A DNA stretch of 64,000 bases from Nitrospinaceae bacterium (lineage in GTDB: Bacteria; Nitrospinota; Nitrospinia; Nitrospinales; VA-1). This document shows, piece by piece, positions 9,798 through 18,784 of this stretch. The notes beneath the pieces were generated by a model that was not told the origin of the DNA, made no database searches, and saw only the letters and a list, made by a program, of their open reading frames with translations. The DNA lies in NCBI GenBank assembly GCA_029261595.1, contig JAJDAZ010000039.1, forward strand, positions 21,861 through 85,860, in the 5' to 3' direction. The position numbers and the translations under genes were made by a program. How positions within the stretch are numbered: the stretch's first letter is position 1; every line of letters begins with the position of its first letter.

Positions 9798-10757
9798 TTA
9801 TCCTACCAATTTTTCCTTGATTCTGATTTCATAAAATTGTTTCAGAACGGATTTGGCGATTCTAAAGGGATTGAAGGAAATATCTATGGGAAGTTCCGCC
9901 ATCTGGAAATCGGAAACTTTTAAGGATTCCAGGTCGCCTTCGCCATGGAGTTCAATGGCGTTTAAATCATGCGTTCCAAATTCTTTTTGCCGCGCCGCTT
10001 CCAGGGCATACACTTTCTCGGGCGGGACCCGCACGATTTCTGTGAGCACCCGGTCTAGGGCCGTCATGTCCCGCCCCGCCGCCAGCACTCCAAGCGAATA
10101 AGGCGTGCCGTTGGCCGGCCCCTGCCCCTGCATGGCTTGAATCCCGTCAACAATAGTGAGGGTGGGCTTGACGTGCCTTGCGATGTCCACCAGCATCCTG
10201 CCGAATTTAACCTTGTCATTGTTTACCAGGCAATGCAGGACAGGTTTGCGTTTTCCGATGACCAATCCAAACAGGTTTTTTATGCTCAAAGTCAGCGTCA
10301 TCTGGCAATGGGATTTGAATTTCGGCAGATTGATGATGTGGTCGTAATGGGTCAGGTTTCCGGCGATTTTAAGATGCGCAATATTCTCTTCCGTCCTGAA
10401 CGCTACGGGATTTGCAAGCGGGACGAATCTTACGCCATACTTTTTAATCAGAGGACCGTATCCCGCTTTATGGGCCACCGCGTTTAAACTGCCAAGGGCG
10501 GGACTGTCGCTGATATCAATCCGGTCGATCGAGTGGTCTTTGAGAACCCGGCAAACCGCTTCGAGAAGGACGGGGTGCGTCGTCACGCATCGGTCGGGCA
10601 TGAAGGCGCGGAGCAGGTTCGGTTTGAGCATAACTTTCTGCCCGGACTGAAAAGAGGATGGCTTGGAATCGAACAGGGCGAAGCTTTCCCGGACGAAGTT
10701 TTCCACCGCTTCCAGGTCGTATGATTCAATTTTTCGCAGGAGAATCTGGGTTTTCAT
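9798..10757 (-). CDS. DUF362 domain-containing protein
   Basis: 319-aa ORF. Overall resemblance to the DUF362 family (N-terminal KVMLKPNLL..., central HCQMTLTLSIKNLFG); judged by eye only. Confidence 0.6.
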   Translation of the reverse strand: MKTQILLRKIESYDLEAVENFVRESFALFDSKPSSFQSGQKVMLKPNLLRAFMPDRCVTTHPVLLEAVCRVLKDHSIDRIDISDSPALGSLNAVAHKAGYGPLIKKYGVRFVPLANPVAFRTEENIAHLKIAGNLTHYDHIINLPKFKSHCQMTLTLSIKNLFGLVIGKRKPVLHCLVNNDKVKFGRMLVDIARHVKPTLTIVDGIQAMQGQGPANGTPYSLGVLAAGRDMTALDRVLTEIVRVPPEKVYALEAARQKEFGTHDLNAIELHGEGDLESLKVSDFQMAELPIDISFNPFRIAKSVLKQFYEIRIKEKLVG

Positions 10758-10819
10758 AATGGTCGATTATACTTGGATGGGCAGGAGAAACAACAATCTT
10801 TACAGGGATTGCGGAGGGT

Positions 10820-13800
10820 CTAAGGTTGCTGGTAAAGCAGTTTGTAAACCCCGTGATTACGCAAAACGTGTTTGACGTACCGCCGTGTTTCCGGATAGGG
10901 AATGGATTCGATGAAAACATCGGGATCGTCAATGGCGCTGAATCGTTTGAGCCATTTTTTTAGAACATGCGGTCCGGCATTGTAGGAAATGAGAATGTGC
11001 ATTCCATTATTTCCAAACCGCTTGTTCAACTGGCTGAGATATTTGATCCCGAGCCGGATGTTGAGATCGGGGTCGTAAAGCAATTTCTCATCGTAAGGTT
11101 GTTCGTATTGGTCGGAGCCATACAGTCGCTTGCCCGTTTCCGGCATGATCTGCATCAGGCCCCGGGCCCCGGCCCACGACAGGGCTTCCGCCTCAAACAG
11201 GCTCTCCTGCCGGATCAACCCTTTGACAAAATAGGGGTCAACATTATGCGACCGAGAAACTTCCCGGATGGTATCGGCGTGGGCCAGCGGGAAGAAATTT
11301 TTCCAAAACTGTTCGGACAGGTTTTTTTCGCCACTTTTGGTTTTGTAGTTTCTATATAAATGCAGGAGCCGAACCGATTGTGTGTAGGCTTTCGCCTGAC
11401 TGTACAGGTTGGACAGCCACATCACACCCGCCAGGTTTTTTCGAACCGATTTTTCAAGGTGACGAATTTCCCATTTAGCGTTTTCGTAAAACCCAAGACC
11501 GGTCATCTCCACCGCACGGGAATGATGAAATTTTTCATCGAGGGTCAGGGCACGGTTCAGTCGGATGTCGGAATTTCTTCTGGTTTCTTTTAAGGCGACC
11601 TTTCGGATGGTGTATTTGGCTTCCGTTTTTATGGGTGTGGGGTTTTTTGTCAACCGCTCCTGGGCTCTGATCCCGCTGAATGTGTAGGGATAATTCTGGG
11701 CAAGGTCCCGATAACTTTTCTGCGCCACGCTCACCTTACCCTGTTTTTCCAGGGATTTGGCCTGCCAGAACAGGTTGTTTTCGATGAAATCCCCTGCCGG
11801 GTAATGCCGTGCGTTTTCCTTGAACTGGTCGTGGGCTTTTTGGTAATGACCTTCGAGATAATGAACCCATCCTATGCGCCATGCGCCCCATTGGGCATAC
11901 TCTGCGGTGCCGAATTTGCTCACCAGGCGATTGTATTGTTTGAGGGCCTTAGCGTATTGCTTATTGCCTTCGTGAACTCGTCCAATGATGAACTGGGATT
12001 TAATGGCAATATTTGAAACTTTTCCGTTTCCGACGGCTTTTTCGAGGTGGCTGATGGCCTTTTGGTCCTGACTCAGGTTCCAAAGCTGTCGTCCGATTTC
12101 ATAATGCGCCTCGGCCACCCGGCGGTGTTTGGGATAATTTTTCAAAAAAGTTTTGAGTATCCGGATGGCCTCGGAGCGTTTTCTCAGCCCCTTGTAGGCC
12201 CGGGTCAAGTGGAAATATAAATCGACAGGCAGTCGGGATTCGGGTCGAGCGATTTCCTGGACTTCCGTGACGACCTGCTCATAGCGGACCGCCTTGATGA
12301 GGTTTTTTATCCGCCGGGAACGCTCTTTAAGACTCAATGGAAGAGGGGGGACGCCGGGCAGTTTGGCCAATCGTTTCATTTCCGAAAGCCCTTCCAAAGT
12401 AATGGGTTCGGAGGGATGTTGGATATATAGTTTGCGAAACTCGGCGTAGGCCTCATTTTGCTGGCCCAATTCCAGATGAAGTTTGGCTTTTTGGGAAATC
12501 ATTTCCGGAAGGGCGGTCTTAAATTCATCCAAGGATGATTTTTTGGAAATGCGTTTCACCGCTTGCTGCAAAACCGTTATGGCCTGTTTTGGCCTTTTCA
12601 ACTGTTTTAATATTTCGGCGTGCAAAAGCTGGGTCTGGGAATAGGTGACCGTCTGGGGAAAATGTTGCAATAAATATTCGATTTGCTTCAAGGCCGCTTC
12701 GTTTTTACCGTCGCTAAAATTGGCTTGTGCCAGGGAAAAACGGACGTAATCTTCTATTTTGGGATATTCCTTAAGGCTTTTCGTGAAAAGCTCAATGGCT
12801 TTTGCAGGGTCATTTTTTTTCAGATGGATATGGCCCAAAAGATAACCGGCGCGCTGGCTCTCGGTCTGATGGGCGCCGGCGTTGGTGATGGCGAGAAGAC
12901 GATTCTTGGCTTTGGAAAACTTGCCCTGATTGAAAAGCCTGACGCCCTCCTTGTAGGAACTAGTATCTCCGGCTTGGCTGAAAGTAGGCAGGGCTATGCT
13001 TAAAATGCAAGCCAGAACTAGAGCCGCCGCTTGAGGTAAATGGGAAAGAATTTTATCCCGCAGGGTTTCGGGGGTGTCGCTGTTTGTCGCCTCAACCGGA
13101 ATGGTGTCTGGCACCTTTTTGAACCAGGTGATCTGCCGTTTGGCGTAGTGCCGGGTTTCACGTTTGGTTTCATAGATTGCCCGGTCAAGGGGAATTTCGC
13201 CTTGCAGGTGATGGACCATTTGGGCATACCCTATGCTTTGGAACGGTTTCAAGGTTTTGTCATGTCCCTGACTCAATAGATTCTTCACTTCATCGACCAG
13301 ACCCTTTTCGATCATATCGTCCACTCGCCTGTTAATGTTGTCATAAAGAACCTGCCGGTTCCAGTGAATCAGAAAAGTTTTTATGGGGAATTCATGAGCC
13401 GCGGAAGATTCGCCGGAATGAAACTCGGAAAACTTTTTTCCCGTTTGTCGATAAACGCCAAGCGCCCGTTCGATGCGCATAGAATCGGTGGCCGAGATCG
13501 TAGACGCAGATTTCGGGTCGATCCGGTTCAGTTCTTCGTGCAGAGGCTCAATGCCGTGTTCCTGGATTTCAGATTGGATCGCGTGCTGGATTTCCCGGGA
13601 AATGGGAGCCGCGCAATCGTGATCTTGGGTCAATACTTTTATGTAGAGCCCGGTTCCCCCCACCAGTATGGGGATTTTTCCGGCATCCATAATTTCCCGT
13701 ATGTGCTCCAAGGCGCGGGTTTTGAAATCGAACGCATTGAACGTTTCGTTAGGTTCCAGAATATCGATGAGGTGGTGGGGAATGCGTTCCCTCACTTCCC

Positions 13801-13951
13801 GCGAGGGTTTGGCGGTGCCGATGTCGAAATATTTGTAAACCTGCATCGAATCGGCGTTGATGATTTCGGTGTCGAGCTTTTCAGCCAAGGCCACCGCAGT
13901 GTCGCTCTTTTTCGATGTCGTCGGACCCGCCAGAATGATTAAAGGAATCAT
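10820..13951 (-). CDS. miaA: Fusion ORF: tRNA dimethylallyltransferase (MiaA), hydrophobic linker, TPR/superhelical domain and soluble lytic transglycosylase (Slt70-like)
   Basis: Single stop-free 1043-aa frame. Residues 1-~300 carry MiaA motifs (ADSMQVYKYFDIGTAKPS, HHLID, ILVGGTGLY, YAKRQITWF). Residues ~305-325 form a signal/anchor-like segment (AAALVLACILSIALPTFSQA). The C-terminal SLT domain has RQESLFE, GLMQIMP and SYNAGP. Confidence 0.8.
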   Translation of the reverse strand: MIPLIILAGPTTSKKSDTAVALAEKLDTEIINADSMQVYKYFDIGTAKPSREVRERIPHHLIDILEPNETFNAFDFKTRALEHIREIMDAGKIPILVGGTGLYIKVLTQDHDCAAPISREIQHAIQSEIQEHGIEPLHEELNRIDPKSASTISATDSMRIERALGVYRQTGKKFSEFHSGESSAAHEFPIKTFLIHWNRQVLYDNINRRVDDMIEKGLVDEVKNLLSQGHDKTLKPFQSIGYAQMVHHLQGEIPLDRAIYETKRETRHYAKRQITWFKKVPDTIPVEATNSDTPETLRDKILSHLPQAAALVLACILSIALPTFSQAGDTSSYKEGVRLFNQGKFSKAKNRLLAITNAGAHQTESQRAGYLLGHIHLKKNDPAKAIELFTKSLKEYPKIEDYVRFSLAQANFSDGKNEAALKQIEYLLQHFPQTVTYSQTQLLHAEILKQLKRPKQAITVLQQAVKRISKKSSLDEFKTALPEMISQKAKLHLELGQQNEAYAEFRKLYIQHPSEPITLEGLSEMKRLAKLPGVPPLPLSLKERSRRIKNLIKAVRYEQVVTEVQEIARPESRLPVDLYFHLTRAYKGLRKRSEAIRILKTFLKNYPKHRRVAEAHYEIGRQLWNLSQDQKAISHLEKAVGNGKVSNIAIKSQFIIGRVHEGNKQYAKALKQYNRLVSKFGTAEYAQWGAWRIGWVHYLEGHYQKAHDQFKENARHYPAGDFIENNLFWQAKSLEKQGKVSVAQKSYRDLAQNYPYTFSGIRAQERLTKNPTPIKTEAKYTIRKVALKETRRNSDIRLNRALTLDEKFHHSRAVEMTGLGFYENAKWEIRHLEKSVRKNLAGVMWLSNLYSQAKAYTQSVRLLHLYRNYKTKSGEKNLSEQFWKNFFPLAHADTIREVSRSHNVDPYFVKGLIRQESLFEAEALSWAGARGLMQIMPETGKRLYGSDQYEQPYDEKLLYDPDLNIRLGIKYLSQLNKRFGNNGMHILISYNAGPHVLKKWLKRFSAIDDPDVFIESIPYPETRRYVKHVLRNHGVYKLLYQQP

Positions 13952-14624
13952 AAATTTGTTTCATTTCTTCGGTGTAGGAGTTTTTGTTTTCGTAAACATA
14001 AAGCGGCGCTTCCACCACGCAGTCGGGCCGATAATTCTTGACGCCTTCTACCAGAAAAATTTTGGCTTCGGCGGTCCGGTTCCCATGAATGAAACGCAGG
14101 CGCGAGGGATACAGCCCCCAGGCTTTCATTTCGGTCAGCGTCTCGTTCAGCCGGATGGGGGGATAAGCCAGAGCGATTTTCCCGCCCGGTTTCAACAGGG
14201 GGGCGCTCAGTTCCAAAATAGCAGCGAGATTGAGTAAAATTTCGTGCCGGGCGATGGCCTTTTCCCCGTTGGGGTTCTTGCGCCCGGTGTCGGTCTTTCT
14301 GAAAGGCGGATTGGAGACGACAAGATCGAACGCTTCTTTTTCCAGAGTCGGCGCGACCTTTAAGAAATCTCCGTGAATCGCCTGAACACAATCAACGAGT
14401 TTATTTTGACGGATATTTTCCTCAGCCAGATTGTAAAGCGATTTCTGCACCTCAACAGCGGTGACCTGTGCATCCGGTTGCCGCGTGGTCAAAAGCAGAG
14501 GAATGACGCCGCACCCGGTCCCAACATCCAGGACCGAAAACCCCGCCTCAATCCGTATGAAGTCCGCCAGCAGAAAAGGCTCGATGGAATAGCGGTAACC
14601 TTCGTTATTTTGTTCAATAATCAT
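13881..14624 (-). CDS. trmN6: tRNA (adenine37-N6)-methyltransferase (TrmN6/YfiC-like)
   Basis: 247 aa with SAM motif VLDVGTGCGVIPLLL and catalytic VVSNPPF. The 3' end overlaps the miaA start by 71 nt. Confidence 0.8.
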   Translation of the reverse strand: MIIEQNNEGYRYSIEPFLLADFIRIEAGFSVLDVGTGCGVIPLLLTTRQPDAQVTAVEVQKSLYNLAEENIRQNKLVDCVQAIHGDFLKVAPTLEKEAFDLVVSNPPFRKTDTGRKNPNGEKAIARHEILLNLAAILELSAPLLKPGGKIALAYPPIRLNETLTEMKAWGLYPSRLRFIHGNRTAEAKIFLVEGVKNYRPDCVVEAPLYVYENKNSYTEEMKQIYDSFNHSGGSDDIEKERHCGGLG

Positions 14625-15021
14625 GCGGGAGTTATAGGAGAATATCTATGTATATCATTGTAATTTAGTATTTTAACTAAATTCGGCGGAATAGGCAATG
14701 GCGTCTTCTTCAACACTGGGACCTCTCAGGGGCTTAGAGCCAGAGGAGGGGGCTTTGGGGGGGAGGTGGATTCTGGGCCATCAACTCAAGATCAGGAAAA
14801 AATAAAATAAAATGGGGCGGAAAAAATCAAAAACCCTTGTATTTCCGCTCATTATGAACCCTTTCGGGGTCCTTCTGCAAATTACATTCACATAGGGCAG
14901 ATTCATGATTGCGTCCTTGCAAGTATTTGTTATATAATAGTTTAAACAATTTTAGTTGAAATTTCGTCAGACTTTTTAGTCTTTCAATTGCAGTTTTTCT
15001 TTTTTTTTAGCGGGCATCCTA

Positions 15022-15273
15022 ATGGAATTTTTGTCTACGGAACAGGTTTGGGGAATTTTTATGTTTTTCGTGGGAGCGGGCGTCCTGAGTTGGTGCAGTC
15101 ATTGGGAACGCATGCAGCAGGAGTGGCTGAAAAACCCCAGAAACAAATATAGAAAATCCAGAAGAAAAACCGATTTTGCCCTTCCCACCACATTACGCGG
15201 GACGATGATGACGATCTCAGGAAGTTTGTTGGCCTTTACGGGGATCACCCTGTTCTTTCTTCACATCGTGTGA
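15022..15273 (+). CDS. Hypothetical small membrane protein
   Basis: 83-aa ORF with two predicted hydrophobic helices separated by a basic loop (KYRKSRRK). No clear SD. Confidence 0.35.
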   Translation: MEFLSTEQVWGIFMFFVGAGVLSWCSHWERMQQEWLKNPRNKYRKSRRKTDFALPTTLRGTMMTISGSLLAFTGITLFFLHIV

Positions 15274-15334
15274 AGTGTTATTGAAAATTAAATCCACGAG
15301 CTCAAATTTTTGATTCCTGAAAATCTTTCCAAAA

Positions 15335-16303
15335 TCAAAAAGGCCAAAACCCTTTCTTCTTGTCGCTCAGCACGGTAGCAATCATTTCTTTTTCAAACAT
15401 CACGGGATAATGCCGCAGGCTGACAAGATATCCGTCCACTGAGGCGGAATATTCCTCCAGGGTTTCTCCGGTTGCAATACTTATCATCTCTCCCAGCTTT
15501 TGCCCCTTTTGCAGAAAACCGCCCACTTCCACCTCGGCCAGAAACAGGCCCGCATGCGATGACATTACGGCATGCTCGGCATTCAGGGGATAGACCTGTA
15601 ATTTTTCAACTTCCTTTTTAGTCTTGCTGGTGGTCAGGACGCCGGTTTGCACCATCAAATTTACCAGACCCGTGAATATGGAATCGCACAATGCGCGGTC
15701 CAATGCCTTTGGTTTTCCGGCGGAGATCATCAGGCAAGGAAAATCATTTTCCCGCCAGTGTCCGAACAGGCTCAACTTGAAAGTCGTGGAATCCGAGAGT
15801 TTCCTGGCGACAGCAAATCCCAGGCTTTCCGCCATTTTTCTGATTGGCCGGTCTGGGTCCGCCAGTTGAATATGGACGGCGTCCTCATATAGAGGGTCGG
15901 CTGTTTTCAGGATAACCCCATGGGTGGAATCGGATGTGTGGGTGAAGAGGGCTCGTGCGATTCGTTCCGCCGCTTCTCCCTTGTCGTTGCCTGGAAAAGC
16001 CAGGTCAAAGTCGAGGTCATCGAAAGACCACAGCGGGCTTCCGGATTGCGCCGCAGGCACGTTGACAATGGGAAAAATTTGGACTCTTCCTTTTAATTTA
16101 TAATCCGGTTCCTGGCCGCTGGCGACCCGGTCCATAAACCGGGTGAGGAGAGAACTGATATAAATCCCGTTTACCTGATCCCCGTGCAATCCGCTGACAA
16201 TCGAAAGGACATTGCCTTTAGATTTACTTCCCTCCCAGGAATTCTTGCAAAGCGTGATCGCGTCGCCAAAAGGGGTTGGAATGGACAGAAGGGTTTCTTT
16301 CAC
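15335..16303 (-). CDS. AstE/AspA (succinylglutamate desuccinylase/aspartoacylase) family protein, probably non-catalytic paralog
   Basis: Aligns along its full length with the upstream paralog. However, HGDE becomes HGDQ, the NR motif becomes DL, the second zinc His is lost (VILKTA vs VVDFHA), and the catalytic Glu becomes Ser (MISAG vs VVETG). Confidence 0.75.
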   Translation of the reverse strand: MKETLLSIPTPFGDAITLCKNSWEGSKSKGNVLSIVSGLHGDQVNGIYISSLLTRFMDRVASGQEPDYKLKGRVQIFPIVNVPAAQSGSPLWSFDDLDFDLAFPGNDKGEAAERIARALFTHTSDSTHGVILKTADPLYEDAVHIQLADPDRPIRKMAESLGFAVARKLSDSTTFKLSLFGHWRENDFPCLMISAGKPKALDRALCDSIFTGLVNLMVQTGVLTTSKTKKEVEKLQVYPLNAEHAVMSSHAGLFLAEVEVGGFLQKGQKLGEMISIATGETLEEYSASVDGYLVSLRHYPVMFEKEMIATVLSDKKKGFWPF

Positions 16304-16305
16304 GG

Positions 16306-17286
16306 TCAGCGGATTTCTTTCAAGGCGATTCGGGCGAGCGGAGCCCCCTGGTAAGTCACCGGCTGTTCCCGGAGGGTGAACAGGACCCCGTCGGCGGGAA
16401 AGGTCACCGTTTCCAGAACCTCGCCTTTAAGGGCATCGACGATCGTCCCCAGTGTTTCGCCCTTTTGAACATGAGCCCCTAAAGCGGCATTGCCGATAAA
16501 CAGGCCTGCATGACCGGCCTGAACCAGAGCGACCTGTTTCGGATGGATCAGAAGGGGTTGTTTGATTTTTGGCAGAGGGTCCACGAGGTCGAGAACACCG
16601 GTCTGCCGAAGCAGGTGGATCATTCCTTGAAAAATCTGTTCACAATATTCCTGATGGATACGCAGGCAGATCCCCGTTTCCACCACCAGTGTGGGGATTT
16701 TTTTACGGTTGAGGTTGTATCCCAGTGTCGATTCAAAAACCGGTGCGGAGGGATGCACCCAGACGACGTTCATATTACACAGGGCGGCAAGAGGAATGAG
16801 CTTTTTATCAAACTCTTCAATGATCCGTATCTGCGGGAGTTCTTTCAAATGTAAATTACTGGCATGAAAATCGACGACGATATCTGAGGATATCTGCAGG
16901 TCTTCGACCAGCGACCGGGCAAACTCGGCAGGGAGCGAGGGGTCCGTTTTTTCTCCCATTTTCCGGTTCATGTCCATCGAGAAAAAGGGCCAGAGCCGCG
17001 TCCCGGAACCCAGGGCCTCCGGGTTCACTGCCGGGTAAACGTGAACCTCTCCCTGAAACGCCTGAGGACGGGTGGCTTTGAGCTGGCGCAACGTTGCAAT
17101 GAGGAGGTGGCAAAGGTAAACCCCTTCCAACTCGTCCCCGTGCAGACCGGCCACGAAGGAGATGCGCTTGACCGGCTTGTCCCGGACCGAAGTGAAGGTC
17201 TGCCTGATGAGTTCAATGGCCCCCCCCAGGGGATTCTCGCTGGAAATGATTTTATGTGTTTTCAATCCTGATTCCCCACCCTGCAC
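16306..17286 (-). CDS. AstE/AspA (succinylglutamate desuccinylase/aspartoacylase) family zinc deacylase
   Basis: Motifs GLHGDELEG, DMNR, VVDFHAS and LVVETG are intact. The start codon is uncertain (GTG at 17286 or TTG at 17265). Confidence 0.8.
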   Translation of the reverse strand: MQGGESGLKTHKIISSENPLGGAIELIRQTFTSVRDKPVKRISFVAGLHGDELEGVYLCHLLIATLRQLKATRPQAFQGEVHVYPAVNPEALGSGTRLWPFFSMDMNRKMGEKTDPSLPAEFARSLVEDLQISSDIVVDFHASNLHLKELPQIRIIEEFDKKLIPLAALCNMNVVWVHPSAPVFESTLGYNLNRKKIPTLVVETGICLRIHQEYCEQIFQGMIHLLRQTGVLDLVDPLPKIKQPLLIHPKQVALVQAGHAGLFIGNAALGAHVQKGETLGTIVDALKGEVLETVTFPADGVLFTLREQPVTYQGAPLARIALKEIR

Positions 17287-17314
17287 CGGGGGATCGCGCT
17301 CACCCTTTGCGGTT

Positions 17315-18772
17315 TCATGGTCCCTCGGGATTTTTCTTTTTTTTGATCTGAATCTTCATGGCGTCGATTTTTCTTTTGAGGGTGTTGCGGTTGATGCCCA
17401 GGGCTTTTGCCGTGGGCACCTGCTTGCCCGAAAAATGGTCAAGGAGAATTTCGAACAGGTGTTTTTCCATCGACTGGATCAAGCGATCGTGAAGGTTGTC
17501 TTCTTCATCCCATTTGTTATTCTTGAGATAATCGCGGATCAGTTGGTTCAGCTTTTTTTCCCATTGTTCGTTCAAAGGTGCCGCGTCTTGTGTGTCTGCC
17601 ACCAATTGCCTGGGAAGATGATCCGGGAGGATGGGGCCTGATAGAGCCAGAACCAGCGCCCGTTTGATGACGTTCTCCAACTCACGGATATTGCCGCGCC
17701 AGGAATGATTGCCAAGCAGGCGTTCAGTGGAAGGCGAAAGATAAACCGTTCCCTCAGCCAGAGTGGGCGAAAACTTTTTCAAAAAATGATTGGCCAGTAA
17801 AGGCACATCCTCCAGCCTCTCGCGCAGAGGCGGCAGGTGAATGTGGATGACATTCAATCGATGAAATAGATCTTCGCGGAATAGCTTCCGCTCCATTAAT
17901 TGTTCCAGGTCCTGATTGGTGGCGGCGAGGATGCGGACGTTCACCTTGAGCGGGGTTTTCCCCCCGACCCGATAAAATTCATGGTCCTGAAGCACCCGCA
18001 AAATTTTTGCCTGCAGGGGCGATTCCATGTCGCCAATTTCATCAAGGAATAAGGTTCCGCCATCCGCCAGTTCAAATTTACCCTGTTTGCGTTCAACCGC
18101 TCCGGTAAAGGCGCCTTTTTCGTGGCCAAACAGTTCCGATTCCAACAGCTCTCGGGAGATGGCCGCGCAGTTGATGGCAATGAACGGTCGCTCGCTCCGC
18201 TTGGAATAATAATGCAGGGCCTGGGCGACCATTTCCTTTCCGGTGCCGCTTTCTCCGGTGATGAGAATGGGCAGGTCGGCGGCGGCGGATTTTCCGATGG
18301 TCTTGAAAACCTCCTGCATCTTTTTACTTTTGCCTATTATGGCATCTATTGAAAACTCTTCGGTAGAGTTTTGCGGTGCCTCCGTCGGTGGAGCTTGTAT
18401 CTTCCGGGACACCAGCGCCTTGTCCACCAGAGCGAAAACTTCGTCAAAGTCGAAGGGTTTGCTGATGTAATCATAAGCGCCCAGACGCATGGCCTCGATG
18501 GTGTTATTCATCGTGTCCTGCGCGGTCATGACCACGACCCGGGTGTCCGGGTTTATTTTTTTTATCTGGTTCAGTAATTCCAGTCCGGTCATGCCCTCCA
18601 TGAAAATATCCGTGAACACGGCCAGGTAATCGTTATTCTGGATTTTGTTCAGGGCCTCCTCGCCACTTTCTGCGGTGTCCACCAGGAAATCTTTTTTCCC
18701 GAACGCCTTTTTGAATACCCAGCGGATGTTTTCTTCGTCATCGACGATTAAAATTTTAGGGTTTTGGTTCAT
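17315..18772 (-). CDS. ntrC: Sigma-54-dependent response regulator, NtrC family
   Basis: REC domain (ILIVDDE...FTDIFMEGMTG), AAA+ domain ([14 protein letters not shown]) and a C-terminal Fis-type HTH. Follows ntrB. Confidence 0.9.
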   Translation of the reverse strand: MNQNPKILIVDDEENIRWVFKKAFGKKDFLVDTAESGEEALNKIQNNDYLAVFTDIFMEGMTGLELLNQIKKINPDTRVVVMTAQDTMNNTIEAMRLGAYDYISKPFDFDEVFALVDKALVSRKIQAPPTEAPQNSTEEFSIDAIIGKSKKMQEVFKTIGKSAAADLPILITGESGTGKEMVAQALHYYSKRSERPFIAINCAAISRELLESELFGHEKGAFTGAVERKQGKFELADGGTLFLDEIGDMESPLQAKILRVLQDHEFYRVGGKTPLKVNVRILAATNQDLEQLMERKLFREDLFHRLNVIHIHLPPLRERLEDVPLLANHFLKKFSPTLAEGTVYLSPSTERLLGNHSWRGNIRELENVIKRALVLALSGPILPDHLPRQLVADTQDAAPLNEQWEKKLNQLIRDYLKNNKWDEEDNLHDRLIQSMEKHLFEILLDHFSGKQVPTAKALGINRNTLKRKIDAMKIQIKKKKNPEGP

Positions 18773-18784
18773 GGGTTTATTTTA

